A stretch of DNA of 64,000 nt, taken from NCBI GenBank assembly GCA_035221665.1, contig CM069163.1, positions 22,692,001 to 22,756,000 on the forward strand, in the 5' to 3' direction. Source of the DNA: Okamejei kenojei. Its lineage: Eukaryota. A program made the position numbers and the translations under genes. Below are positions 49,935 through 61,832 of this stretch, piece after piece. Numbering within the stretch: the stretch's first letter is position 1; the number at the start of each line of letters is the position of its first letter. A model generated the notes under the pieces. That model did no database searches and was not told the origin of the DNA. It worked only from the letters and a program-made list of their open reading frames with translations.

Positions 49935-51253
49935 GTAAGTTAATTTCCATTACTTTCTATTTTAATAATTTTACTGTTCACTTTTAAACCTATGCCTCTA
50001 GTTATCATAAAATTATTTTATTTTACCCCAGTTGCCTCTGCCTTGGCCTAGCATAATTTAATTCTACAATATTAAATCTGTCTTCAACTGCAGCTGAGCT
50101 GGTTGCTTCTCTGCTCCAAGACCCCAGAACTCTGAGAACACTTCAGTCCCCTGGTCCTATCACTACTTGTACTTTGGTGGTCAAAATTGTACTGTGCACG
50201 CTGACTAGCATTTTTCTATTATGCACAGTATATACCTGCCCTTGTATTCTGTGCCTAGTCTACTTGACCTGCTCTTTTTGGGACTATGTAGTCATGCACT
50301 TGCAGCTCTCTCTTCCATTGCACTTTACTATTCCAGCACTTTGCATTAGCTTGCCTTGCTTGCCCATCCCAAATGCATCACTGCATTTCTCTGGATTTGA
50401 CTCTTTTTGCCACTTTAACCAAACCATTGATATGCTCTTTAAAACCTATTATGGCACATGATTTTTTTTTTAAACTTTAATAGGTCCGTTGGCTTTTCCC
50501 CTTTCCATGTTTATAAAAGCTCTTGGTGATATCCTTTTATTCTGCATACATTTATATTTTTTTTTTTCATGCATCTACTTTGCTTTCAAAATGTATTTAA
50601 AATCGTTCCTGCACTTTCTGTAGTCTGGAGTACAGAAGGTATTGCCTTGTTTGTATCTTAAACCTTGTTGAACCCCTTTCTGTAATGCTTCTTGGTGCCG
50701 ACGAAGTCAAGAAATTGGAGTTCTAAACATTTTTCATTGATTCATCCATTTTTAATTTATCAAAACAAATTTTCTTGAACTGTCTCCATTCTGAAATCCT
50801 CTCATTCTGCTGGCTCAGTTTACATTTACTGAGGTTTGAATGAAAGTTGAAAGATGTGGTCTTCAACTGCAAATTACAGATTAGATTGTAGGATAATGAA
50901 TGGCTGACAAGCTTTCACGTAAGTTTTCAGCAATAGAACATTGGAGAAAACCTGCAGTATTTATCATTAGGTGCAAGTTTATGCTAAAATTATTCACCCT
51001 TTCTGTACATAGTCATCTCAAACCTTAGCTAATCATAGTTCATAAATGTGGTTCTACTGAACAAAATCCATCATTCTATAAAAATAATTACTAAAATATT
51101 GATTGTAAATTTTGTCTACTGATGTCTTCTAATGCTGCCTCAAGCAATAATTTTGGAATGCTAAGATCTCTTAAGATTTCAGGAGGTGGCAGCAAATATG
51201 GAGATTTATTTTCTGGTGGAAACAATTATTTTTTAACTTTTGATCTTGTGTAG

Positions 51254-51364
51254 GCTTTCTTGTTGAATGAAGATTTGGGAGATTCACTTGATAGTGTAGA
51301 AGCACTCCTGAAAAAGCATGAAGATTTTGAGAAGTCCCTTGGTGCTCAAGAAGAGAAAATTACG
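51254..51364 (+). CDS. SPTAN1: SPTAN1 coding exon
   Basis: tgtAG/GTagga; 111 nt; [37 protein letters not shown]. Confidence 0.96.
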
Positions 51365-51454
51365 GTAGGATTGGCAAAATTCTTCCAGTTCGTGATATTT
51401 TTGTTATGTGTTTTGATCTTCACTAGTTGTAACTATGCCATTTTTTCCAATCAG

Positions 51455-51532
51455 GCACTGGAAGAATTTGCTACCAAGTTGATTCAGAGTGATCACTACG
51501 CTAAGGAAGATGTTGCAGCTCGTCGTGATGCG
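51455..51532 (+). CDS. SPTAN1: SPTAN1 coding exon
   Basis: atcAG/GTaact; 78 nt; [26 protein letters not shown]. Confidence 0.95.
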
Positions 51533-51946
51533 GTAACTTTGTGTTGCTTTATCTTTTAAATGTTCATGCCAATTTTTTTTTCATTTCAGAGATTTTTATA
51601 TTGTGTGATTGTTTAATGAATATATAGTTTTAAATTGTTTCCATTTACCTACTACAGATACTTAATGCACGAGATAGCGATCTCTACCCTTTAGGATAGG
51701 CTTATCTTATCAACTAATTGTCAGAGAAGTGGGCATTGTAGCCTTGTGCTGCCTCAGTAAAAGAACGAACCAATTGGTTGCACTCAATTCATTTTTGCCA
51801 TTGCTCAGCATTTAATTTACTACTTTGAATATACACTATTCTTTTGAAAGTTGCCGATGAATTGACTTCCATCATCCCTTCTGACTATGTATTTCAGATT
51901 TTTAACAATTTGCTGAGTTTCTCATCTTACTGATTTGTGTTTATAG

Positions 51947-52102
51947 CTGCTGAGCCGTAGGAATGCTCTCCATGAGCGTGCCATGTATCGGCGTGTGGTG
52001 TTGGAGAACTCCTTCAGTCTGCAGCAGTTTTTCCGTGACTCGGATGAGTTGAAGAGTTGGATAAATGAAAAGATGAAAACAGCCACCGATGAAGCTCACA
52101 AG
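51947..52102 (+). CDS. SPTAN1: SPTAN1 coding exon
   Basis: tatAG/GTgcga; 156 nt; LLSRRNALHERAMYRRVVLENSFSLQQFFRDSDELKSWINEKMKTATDEAHK. Confidence 0.96.
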
Positions 52103-52253
52103 GTGCGATTGCGCAGTGGTGTAACGTTACTGGTATACAAATTGTGCTGATCAAAATTTATATCTGGATATATAATGTCTCCTGCATTGAGCAGTCATGC
52201 TCTCTGGGGCATCTTAACTTCAATATTTTTTAAATGTTTATCTAGTTACTTAA

Positions 52254-52575
52254 GGGTGGTGCAGCTGGTCAAACTGCTGCCTTACAATACCAGGGACCCA
52301 GATTTGATCCTCACCTTGGCTGTTATCTGTGTGAAGTTTGCACGTTCTCCTTTTGACTCTGTGGGTTTGTTCTGGGTGCTCTGGTTTCCTTCCGCATCCA
52401 AAAGATGTGGATTTATAGATTAATTGGCCACAATAAAATTACCCTTAATATGTAGGGTGTGGATGAGAGAGTGGAATAACCGAACAAGTGTGAAAGGGTG
52501 ATTGATGGTCTGTGCGGTATCAGTGGGCATAAGGGCCTGTTTCCATAGTGTATCTAAACTCAAACTAAACTAAAC
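52254..52575 (+). mobile_element. HE1/V-SINE-type SINE
   Basis: tRNA-like head, V-domain-like tgtgaagtttgcacgttctcc..gggtgctctggtttcct, (TAAAC)n tail. Confidence 0.83.
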
Positions 52576-52735
52576 CATTCTATATCAATAGATTTTATTC
52601 TAAAATTCCTAACCACAATTGGGATTTTTAATGTTAAGAATTAGTTTTAAATGGTGAATTGTTCACCTGGGATTTATTGTCTTCAATGCAGCAATATTGT
52701 GAAGCATTTCTGTGTCTTTAACTTCTTGGATGTAG

Positions 52736-52940
52736 GATCCCTCCAATTTGCAAGGAAAGGTTCAAAAACACCAGGCTTTTGAAGCAGAACTTTCAGCCAA
52801 CCAGAGCCGCATTGACACTCTGGAGAAAGCTGGTCAGGAACTGATTGATGCTAACCACTATGCCTCAGATGAAGTGTCTGCTCGTATGAATGAAGTCATC
52901 TCTCTGTGGAAAAGGCTGCTCGAGGCCACAGAAATGAAAG
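52736..52940 (+). CDS. SPTAN1: SPTAN1 coding exon
   Basis: tgtAG/GTcagg; 205 nt; DPSNLQGKVQKHQAFEAELSANQSRIDTLEKAGQELIDANHYASDEVSARMNEVISLWKRLLEATEMK. Confidence 0.96.
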
Positions 52941-54803
52941 GTCAGGAAACAACAGATGTTTTGTATAGATCATATGATGGTCTTGCCAAGAGCAGCCCTG
53001 CTGCTAAACTCAGAAAAATATGCTTCGTTGAAAATATTAACAATGGTACAATGGAGGTTTGTTGTTCTTGTACACCACCTGCTAGTGCCCACTTTGCGCG
53101 AGTCTGGGCAGCGGATAATGCTGCAACTGTCTTGTTATCCAGTATTTTCCAATCATTCAGACTTTTCCAAAGAGGTAATTGAATGGTGATCAAAAGTCTG
53201 AACGCACAGGTTTTTCCTCCTTCCACTCTTTTTTGATTTTCCAGTTCAGTCTGTGACGGGGCCTCCCATTCAATAATGACTAAGAACTATTATAGCACAG
53301 ATGCCACTTGAATATTTTGCTATTAAAACCAGAATTGGCAATATTATTCATTCTAAGGAATAAAGTTGTATTCTGCAGGAAGAAATCAGTACACTCTTTG
53401 GGTATGTTTGTAAATGGCAAATAGAATTGAATCTGGAAAAAATGGAGGTGGGGGGGGGGAATTGGGGAAACCAGTTGATTGGGAGACCTTGTAATGAATA
53501 CATGCCCACTGATATGAGACTGTTTGATATAATATTATGAAGCCATATGGGGAGACATGGCCAAGGTGTAGAACTTAACAATGTGGCACAACTGTATAAA
53601 TAGCTTGTTAGGCTGCAGCTAGTACAATTCTGGATAGCAGATGAAGGATGTGTTTGTGGAATAAATTGGAAGATGCTGTCTGAGTAGAGGAATTACAGAT
53701 AAGTGGGGAGATCAACTTGGGCTGCAGCAATTGTGGGGGTGGGGCTGAGAATCTAAAACATCACGTAGAGAGGTAGTTCTGGAACTATCTTCCAGCAAGG
53801 GGATGGAAGTAGACACCCTGCCACATTGAAAAGGTATCTAGATAGGCATGAAGAGCCTTGACTCAAGACCAATATTTGTAGAGTGGGAGTAATTAGAAAA
53901 ACCCTAGTTTGTGTGGACATTGAAACTGGTTCCTCTGATATAAACATCTGTGAAATATCCATGTCCAGTTATGTTTGCTTGTTGTGCCTTTGGCTCTTGA
54001 ACTGTCTTGATTACAAATTTTCCAACTGTTTTAATGTAGGTGTGCGATGGGACTTTTTTGAAAACCTCCAACCTTAGTTAATGATATAGTTACTTAAAGG
54101 GAAGGTTTCTTGGCATAAGCTTGACCTACTTACTGAGACATAGGTAGGCCTGCAATCAGCAGTGAGGCATCTCAAAGCAGCTTGCTTTCACCTTTTATAC
54201 CACAGATTATCTTTTCTGCTGGCTCAGTCTTGCTGGTGGGACAGGATGTAACCAGGGGTTGTGACTTGTGATGGAGAAATCTGTCTATAAATAATGGTTC
54301 TGTGAATATGACTGTCAGGTGTTGCTTAGGCAGTTTTTGGAACCGCTTTCCTAATCTATATCAGTCCTCAGATTTTACAGGATCAACTGGGCAAAAATTA
54401 CTTCGCATTATCTGCACTTGGTGCCTCGGTTAATGACACTGAATTATCTGCCAGATTTTTTTTGTATTTTTAAGATATTGGCTATGATGCAACTGAGTGA
54501 CTTGGTCAGATCATTTCAGAGGGTTGTCATCCTGTGCTGGTGCCATTAAGGCTAGACTGGGTGACTAATTCCCTCCCATGAAAGATATTAGTGAACCTGA
54601 GGGTTTGTTGACAATCCAATAATTTTGAGATTGTCACTCCAGGTAATAATTTGAATTTAGTTCCACTGCTGTCTAGGTCATTATCTGAGGTCTTTGGTTT
54701 ACTAATTTGGTTCTGCCATCATAATGTTAGAGGAAGGATGCGAGAATATTATTGGGAGTGAAGTTGAATCGATAATGTAGCCTTTGTTTTTGTTTACATT
54801 CAG

Positions 54804-54985
54804 GCATTAAACTACGTGAAGCCAACCAGCAGCAACAATTTAACCGGAATGTGGAAGATATTGAACTCTGGTTGTATGAAGTTGAAGGTCACCTTTCTTC
54901 AGATGATTATGGAAAGGATCTGACCAGCGTACAGAACCTGCAGAAAAAACACGCACTGCTGGAGGCTGATATTGCAGCACACCAG
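54804..54985 (+). CDS. SPTAN1: SPTAN1 coding exon
   Basis: ttcAG/GTacag; 182 nt; IKLREANQQQQFNRNVEDIELWLYEVEGHLSSDDYGKDLTSVQNLQKKHALLEADIAAHQ. Confidence 0.96.
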
Positions 54986-54999
54986 GTACAGACATTTTA

Positions 55000-55082
55000 A
55001 AGTGCTGAACTTGCAATTCTTCAAGTGCTGAACTTGCAATTCTTCAAGTGCTGAACTTGCAATTCTTCAAGTGCTGAACTTG
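55000..55082. repeat. 23-bp tandem repeat, 3.6 perfect copies
   Basis: (AAGTGCTGAACTTGCAATTCTTC)x3 + AAGTGCTGAACTTG. Confidence 0.95.
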
Positions 55083-56214
55083 AAGGTCTGAATTTCCTGC
55101 AAGGATTATAGTTACATGGGAACACAGTGCCATTTTGTTCTCTATCCAGATGCCCAATGTTCAAATTTAAGTATCAAATCTTGAATTTATTCCTCCTTGA
55201 CATGCTTGTAGGTGTTGATAAACATCAGTTGGAAATGGGAATGATGGCTAATTTTATTTACAACTTTGATCTGTTGTTTACAGCATCTCAACCGATTCAA
55301 GGCCAAAACCAGTTAATGATTGAGATCAGGCGTGTAACCTAGTACTTTCCTGGTCTCTGTGATTTATCTAGTTACTGAGCTAAAGGAAATTTAGCAAAGG
55401 TCTATAAAGGCCTCAATAAAGAAAGGACAAGTAGGCTAGTGATTAACATTAAAAACAGATGGTCCTACATAGAAAGGAAAATAAAAGCTTAATGTAGGTC
55501 TGTATGTTGCTTCCTCCTCTCTTGGGATAACTAACTTTGACTATTGGGTCTAATTTATATAGAATTATAGCCACACCCTTTCACAACATTAATGTATCAG
55601 ATTTCATAAGAGAATTGATATTTCAATCTCTGCCAATGCTGGCTGCGAGATTGGATTCCGATTGTTTCTTTTCCTCTCTGCATGTCATTTTCTTCGGGGA
55701 TTTGTCTCCACCCAGTAATGTGTTGTTTTAGTTGAACGGCACTGTGCTGTTAAATAAAATGCTATGTGGAAATAATGTTTACTTAAATAAGTCTCTGCCA
55801 TAAATAGTTAGCAGATATAAACTAGTTTCCAGCTGCTTTTAAAAGTGAATCACATTATCCCCATGGAAGCAAATAATACCAAACCAAATGGTGAACTTAA
55901 GTACATAAGAATAGATGTGGGCGTAGGCCAATTGTCCCCTCGTTCTTGTTCCTCCTTACACAAGATTATGGTAGATTTTTCATATTGGACTCTTTCCTGC
56001 AATATACTGCTATTGTTGTTGAGAACAACCAAAGTTTGTGATGGTTTTAGTTTGTTATCCAAAACATTAGGTGGGATCATTTTGCAGGAAAGTAATTTTC
56101 ACTTATAAGACATGGTTATAAACATTTGGCTTGGCTAATGTTTAGGATTTTATTTAGTTAGCTGAGCCAGCAGTGACAGTAAAATGTTAAGATGCCACCA
56201 CCGGCCTTGTTTAG

Positions 56215-56466
56215 TCATCATCATCGTTGAAAACGTCAACAGGCAGGGTGCCTTGCAATGCTATGTACGACAGTGATTGCAACTTCTACTGAAGTATGGA
56301 TGGCCGTTGGTTCGCTAGGAGCTCATCCTCCCTTTGACAGGTCTTATTTTAGGTCCTGTCAAGGTCCACAACCCCCTCCTCACCTGGCAAACCAGATGGG
56401 GTAGATGGTTTAGTCGCCGACCATGGAGCGGGTAGCACGGGATTACATGGTACCCGTGAAGGGGGG
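56215..56466 (-). mobile_element. Short structured GC-rich interspersed element with (GAT)n tail, possibly derived from a HERO-like LINE 5' region
   Basis: Sharp GC/CpG-rich block; minus strand starts CCCCCCTTCACGGG and ends TTTTCAACGATGATGATGA; several hairpins; no TSD found; family assignment from recall only. Confidence 0.5.
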
Positions 56467-56570
56467 AACTCAGTAATACCACTCATTAATCTTTTCTACA
56501 AATACTTTTATTGTAGATGGTGCTTAATGCAAGAATAAAACCAATTTTACTTGCTTTGTTTTGCTTGAAG

Positions 56571-56814
56571 GACCGTATTGATGGGATTAATATCCAAGCC
56601 CGGCAGTTCCAGGAAGCAGGACATTTTGATGCTGATAACATCAAGAAAAAGCAAGAAACTTTAGTGAGTCGTTATGAGGCATTGAAAGACCCAATGGTGT
56701 CCCGAAAACAGAAACTTGCTGATTCCCTCCGACTTCAACAACTTTTCCGTGATATTGAAGATGAAGAAACATGGATTCGAGAAAAGGAGCCCATTGCTGC
56801 TTCCACAAATAGAG
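56571..56814 (+). CDS. SPTAN1: SPTAN1 coding exon
   Basis: tgaAG/GTtggg; 244 nt; DRIDGINIQARQFQEAGHFDADNIKKKQETLVSRYEALKDPM...WIREKEPIAASTNR. Confidence 0.96.
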
Positions 56815-57089
56815 GTTGGGCTGATTTGCATGTTACAGAATGTTGGCATACTTATTTCCTCTGTGAATATGGTCGTTCAAAACAGAAAGAGGAGTTTCAG
56901 GAAACATACACAGAACTGCAGATGCTGGTATTCTGCCTTCCGAGCCAATTTCCTCTCATCAGTTAGATCTTTCAATTAATTAAACACTACCCATGTCAAG
57001 ACATGTTGAATCCCACAATGCAGACTGGGAACATACGTAACACATCTGAAATTTAAAAAATGTCTAGTAACAGTAAGTGGATTGACATT

Positions 57090-57265
57090 AAATAAAACAT
57101 CTGGCTCAATGTTGTCCTTTAGGGAAGGGTGGTGGCTTTCTAACTAGATGTAAGTGATTCCAGATGCACTGTGATTGACCCTTAACTGCCTCTTCGGGTC
57201 AGTGACCATTGGGAATGAGTAATAAATGCCTGTATTGCTCGCGATGTTCACATCTTGTGAACAAA
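57090..57265 (+). mobile_element. SacSINE1/DeuSINE-like relic (similar minus-strand relics at ~54490-54720 and ~60630-60760)
   Basis: aaaacatctggctca..gtcctttagggaagg..gtgattccaga..ttgacccttaactgcctct..aataaatgc..gcgatgttcacatcttgtgaacaaat. Confidence 0.65.
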
Positions 57266-57734
57266 TACTTTTTAATCTTTGCGATGTTAATTTTGATCTT
57301 ATATGTAGACCTAAACAACATTGTGATGCGCTCTTTTGGTTCCTTGCAAACACGCCTAATATGCTGTGTTGTCTTGCCTAATCCTGGCCTTGATGCTGCT
57401 GAGTTAAAGAAGGTTTGTATCTAAGATGGTAGTAACCTCCTGCCACCTAAGATGGTAGTAACCTCATCCCACTCCTCTCCCAAGGCCACCACCACCATTG
57501 GAGGTAATTATGTTTTGGCATTGACTAGATTAACCTGGTCTTATTAGCCTATGTGTCGAGGCAGTCCTCGGAAAGATTTGCAGATTTCCTCTGCCAATGG
57601 GACTGCTTGCTTCAAATGTTGGGACCTTTAGATAGCTTTCCAAACATTAGATGATTAAACTTGCTGTATATAGTTTTTAACAAGCATTCTTTGGGAGGAT
57701 GATTGATGCTAAGATTTTAAACCATGTGTTTCAG

Positions 57735-57857
57735 GAAAGGATTTGATTGGCGTACAGAACTTGCTTAAAAAGCACCAGGCGCTCCAGGCTGAGATTTCTG
57801 GTCATGAACCACGTATTAAAGCAGTGGCTCAGAAAGGCCAAGCCATGATTGAAGACG
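57735..57857 (+). CDS. SPTAN1: SPTAN1 coding exon
   Basis: ttcAG/GTaggt; 123 nt; KDLIGVQNLLKKHQALQAEISGHEPRIKAVAQKGQAMIED. Confidence 0.96.
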
Positions 57858-58098
57858 GTAGGTGTTGTTAAAAGCATAACAATTCTTGCTTTTGATGTGC
57901 AAGTTTGGTGACAATAAATTTGTGGAAGTCCAAGAATGTGCTGATTTTAATTTCCTGATTCTGCAAATGAAACAATTAACTTGAATTGTGCATGTTTATA
58001 AAATGGCAGTATGATGGATTCAAGTTGTGCTGTGGCAGTGAGGGGGGGGGGGGGGGGTGGTAAGATAATGAAGAGCCTGTGTGGCTTTCTATCTCATT

Positions 58099-58161
58099 CC
58101 TTCCCTTCAGCGATGCTGCCTGTCCCGCCCGCTGAGTTGCTCCAGCATTTTGTGTCTACCT
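58099..58161 (+). mobile_element. Short Penelope-derived insertion lacking the hammerhead core
   Basis: Perfect 17-bp TSD TGGCTTTCTATCTCATT (58082-58098 / 58162-58178). Confidence 0.85.
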
Positions 58162-59271
58162 TGGCTTTCTATCTCATTGGTGCACTTTACACCCAAGTCT
58201 ATTCCAGTATCAATGCAGCATGATAATGCCGCTGTTGGTGTTGCTGCTTCACTGCTCTTGGGATCCAGGTTCAGTCATGGCCTGGGGTGCTGACATATGC
58301 ATTTGCATGTTATCCCCATACTATGGTTTCTTCCAACATCTCGTTCTGTAAATATCCCTTGGGAAGTTGGCTAAAACAACTAAAGGGTTGGACATGTTAA
58401 GGATAAAGTTTATTCAGAACTATCGAGAAGTGAGAAGGGGAAAAGGACTGATGTGAAAGGACAGTTGGTAACTGGCAATGCTAAATTACGTCCTATGTGG
58501 AGTAAAGTAGGAAAGACTTTTAAATAAATGCTTCCTTAAAAAAAAAAAGTGTTTCACACACTGTTAGAAGTAAAATGAAGGCAAAATTGAGATGGAAAAT
58601 GGGGAAGAGATAGGTGTGATATATGGAAGTGACACATCATTTAAATGTCAGGAGGGAAGAACATGAAACAAAGAAGAGAAACAAAGCATTTTTTAAAGAG
58701 CTACTGGTAATTATGTCCATGTCAAAGGGAAAACGAATGGCTCCTGATATGCCCATGTTAGGGATTAAGAAATATTAAATAGCATTACTTTATTCAAGCT
58801 TGTTAAAAATGACAATTTGCTGTTGAATCCAAGCCTGTGGAAACCTCAATGGTGTTGCAGCCAAAATTGGAGAATTCTCTAGACTACATCCATTTTATAT
58901 TGTGCTATATATTATCGATTTGCTCTTTATGCCAATACTCATAATTTAATTAGTTGGTTATAACTGAACAAGGAACAGAAAAATGGATTGAATACAAGTT
59001 ACGAGATTCCTTAGTTACAAGAGTGCCATTCAAAACCATTGTAATGATTTGGTTTGGAGAATTGCGTTATATTGAGTGCCAACCTCAACATGTTCTTGAT
59101 GTTTTCTCTTTACTTGTCCGTAGTGAATTTTGAATAGTGAAAGTTGTTCAGGGCAAGGTAAAGATGGTAAATGAGATGAGGTTCACAAGAGAGACGGGCA
59201 ATTTAAATCCAAGTTGGCACACCAAAGGTGTGAGTAATTTTTCATTTCAACAAAATCTAATTATTTTTCAG

Positions 59272-59489
59272 GTCACTTTGCGAGTGAAGAAGTAAACACC
59301 AAGCTGAATGACCTGAATCAAAAATGGGATTCCTTGAAAGCCAAGGCTGCACAGAGGCGTCAGGATTTGGAAGATTCACTACAGGCTCAGCAATACTTTG
59401 CTGATGCTAATGAGGCAGAGTCTTGGATGAGGGAGAAAGAACCTGTTGTTGGCAGCATTGACTACGGAAAAGATGAAGATTCTGCTGAG
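59272..59489 (+). CDS. SPTAN1: SPTAN1 coding exon
   Basis: ttcAG/GTatgc; 218 nt; HFASEEVNTKLNDLNQKWDSLKAKAAQRRQDLEDSLQAQQYFADANEAESWMREKEPVVGSIDYGKDEDSAE. Confidence 0.96.
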
Positions 59490-59559
59490 GTATGCTTCTT
59501 TGTTTCTGCAAATATAGTTTACTATGCAAACTCCATAGGTTCTTGGAGCTGGTAAACAT

Positions 59560-60020
59560 GGAGTGGAATATATGCTGTTTGAAGGATGCAAAGGGACTCT
59601 CTGTGGTTCGACCAGTTGGGTGAGAGGACATGCACATACAGTGCATCGTAGGTAAATGTGAGATTATCCACTTTGGGTCTAAAAACAGGGACGACATTAT
59701 TTTCTGAGTGATGAGAAATTGAGAAAAGAGAAGCTGTATGTAACCTGCTCTTGTATAGCCTTGTGTACAGATGCTGAAAGCAAATGTTCAGCTATATCAG
59801 GCTGTTTGGAAGGTAAATACCATGGTAGCGATTAATCCTTGTGGATTTGAGTATCCACAAGTAGGAGCAAGGATGAATTGCTACGGCTGTACAGGGCCTT
59901 GTTGGAAATCTTATAAAGTTGTAGCAAGAATTTTGTGTGCAAATTTGCCTTGTGTTGTGAAGAAAGAGGTACTTGCCTTGAAGCAAATGCAACAAAGGTT
60001 TACAAGAGTGATTCCTAAGG
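59560..60020 (+). mobile_element. Old CR1 LINE fragment
   Basis: Relics of KCEIIHFG and QQRFTRVIP. Confidence 0.7.
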
Positions 60021-60023
60021 TGG

Positions 60024-60569
60024 TAGAAACATAGCAAATAGGTGCAGGAGTAGGACATTCAGCCTTTTGAGCCAGCACCGCCATTCAATATGATCATGGC
60101 TGATCATCCAAAATCAGTACCCTGTTCCTGCTTTTCCCCCATATCCCTAATAGCTAAATCGAACTCTCATGAAAACATCCAGTGAATTGGCCTCCACTGC
60201 CATCTATGGCAGAGAATTCCACAGATTCACAGCTTTCTGGGTGAAAAAGTTTTTCCTCTTCATCCTAAATGGCCTCCCCGTTATTCTTAAACTGTGACCC
60301 CAGTCCTTGAAGAATTTTATGTGTTTCTATAAGATCTCCTCTCATCCTTCTAAATTCCAGTGAATACAAGCCCAGTTGACCCATTCTTTCCTCGTATGTC
60401 AGTCACGCCATTCCAGGAATTAACCTGGTGAACCTATGCTGCACTCCCTCAATAGCAATAATGTCCTTCCTCAATTTAGGCGACCAAAATTACACACAAT
60501 ACTCCAGGTGTGGTCTCACCAGGGCCCTGTACAACTGCAGTAGGATCTCCTTGCTCTTATACTCAAATC
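60024..60569 (-). mobile_element. Younger CR1 LINE 3' end, minus strand, abutting or nested in the older CR1
   Basis: Reverse complement encodes LQLYRALVRPHLEYCV..IEGVQHRFTRLIPGM and carries the CR1 3' UTR. Confidence 0.9.
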
Positions 60570-61055
60570 AGTAGCTTAATAGAACACTCCAGTGGCAAGA
60601 TAAAAAATTGGGTTTGGAGTTAATTCCTGAAGAATTAAGTAGGTCTTTTCACAACAATCCGATGGTTTCATTGTTAGAAATCCAGATATTTATTTTACAA
60701 TGTGATTTTGAATTCTCCACCCACCATAGTGGGATTTGAAATATTGCCTCGGACGAGAGTTTTAGTCATCACCTTTTTGAACCCCTGATCTTGTTTCTAG
60801 TAGGTTCACTCTAACACTGCGATCAGTGCACAACACTTGTTGTTAACGAACAAACAACATTGATCTATTTTCAAGACTTGTGATTAAACTGTAGATGATG
60901 TAACAGAAGGTGGTTTTCACACATAAGGAATTTCTATTCTTCATAGTGCTGGTAACTGTTTGCAAATACACAGGACTAGATGTTAAAATCCAAGGTGCCA
61001 AATATCAATTTACTCCTGATGGTGATGGGAGCCTTCTGCACTCACCTATGCTCCT

Positions 61056-61337
61056 CAGATGTTGAGAAAGGCTAGGCAGACACGTCATTGGGGTTATCAA
61101 GTGGGCACCTACTTTCATCAACGTTTCGCTGATTGAACCCACGACGTCTCCAGTAGGCTCAGCGGTGCATTCTGGCGTCCCAGAACCACCCCCCTCTGCA
61201 TTTAGTCGGTTATTTGGGAGACCAAATGGGGTCTTTCCTCTTCAGCCAGAGCCACTGGCTACTCCGCTCTGCTACCCGTGATGTTTCTTTGATGGCCTGG
61301 CGTAGGGCTTGTCCGCTGATCCCCAGGTCCTTCATCA
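61056..61337 (-). mobile_element. HERO-like (RLE-type) non-LTR retrotransposon 3' end
   Basis: 61335-61210 reads MKDLGISGQALRQAIKETSRVAERSSQWLWLKRKDPIWSPK*, followed by a GC-rich 3' UTR. Confidence 0.7.
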
Positions 61338-61832
61338 CTGAAATAATTTATTTATTTTTGTAACAATAACTTAAGTTATCCAAGTTAATAGGCAAAGTAA
61401 GATAATTATTACACTATCATCCAAAATCAAAATAGTGCCTGCTGAAATGTATTTCCAAGGAAATTAGTACTTCACTAAGATGAAGTTGTGCTTGATACTT
61501 GATGCAGGTTCAGGTAGCATTACGTTGAATCTGAAACTTATTAACCAAATGGTCCAGGATGCCTCAAAATTTCTAGATAAAGATTGGGGATAGGAAATCT
61601 GTCCATTCTTTACTTCGTAACTGAGTTGACACCTTTTTGCGCCCTTCCCATTGCCTTCTGAATGGAGACCTAATGTTGTATTTGAGAATTAGACTTTGAA
61701 GTTTTGTGAATGCCTCATTCCATTGCAGGATAAAGTGGGTGAATGTCATCCTCTGACTTTATGCTGTTTGTTGCAGTTGTTCATACACTGAATTTTATTT
61801 GATGGTACAATAAAAATCAACATTTTTTCCAG

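Noticed and set aside
55000-55082. CRISPR-like array
   Set aside because: The repeats are directly adjacent with no spacers, lie in a vertebrate intron, and there are no cas genes.
57421-57465. 19-bp direct repeat CTAAGATGGTAGTAACCTC
   Set aside because: A simple local duplication with a 7-nt spacer; no element lies between the copies.
61100-61170. Hammerhead ribozyme in the HERO-like 3' UTR (GAAACG..UGAUGA on the minus strand)
   Set aside because: The core words do not fall in an order or spacing that gives a valid three-stem hammerhead.
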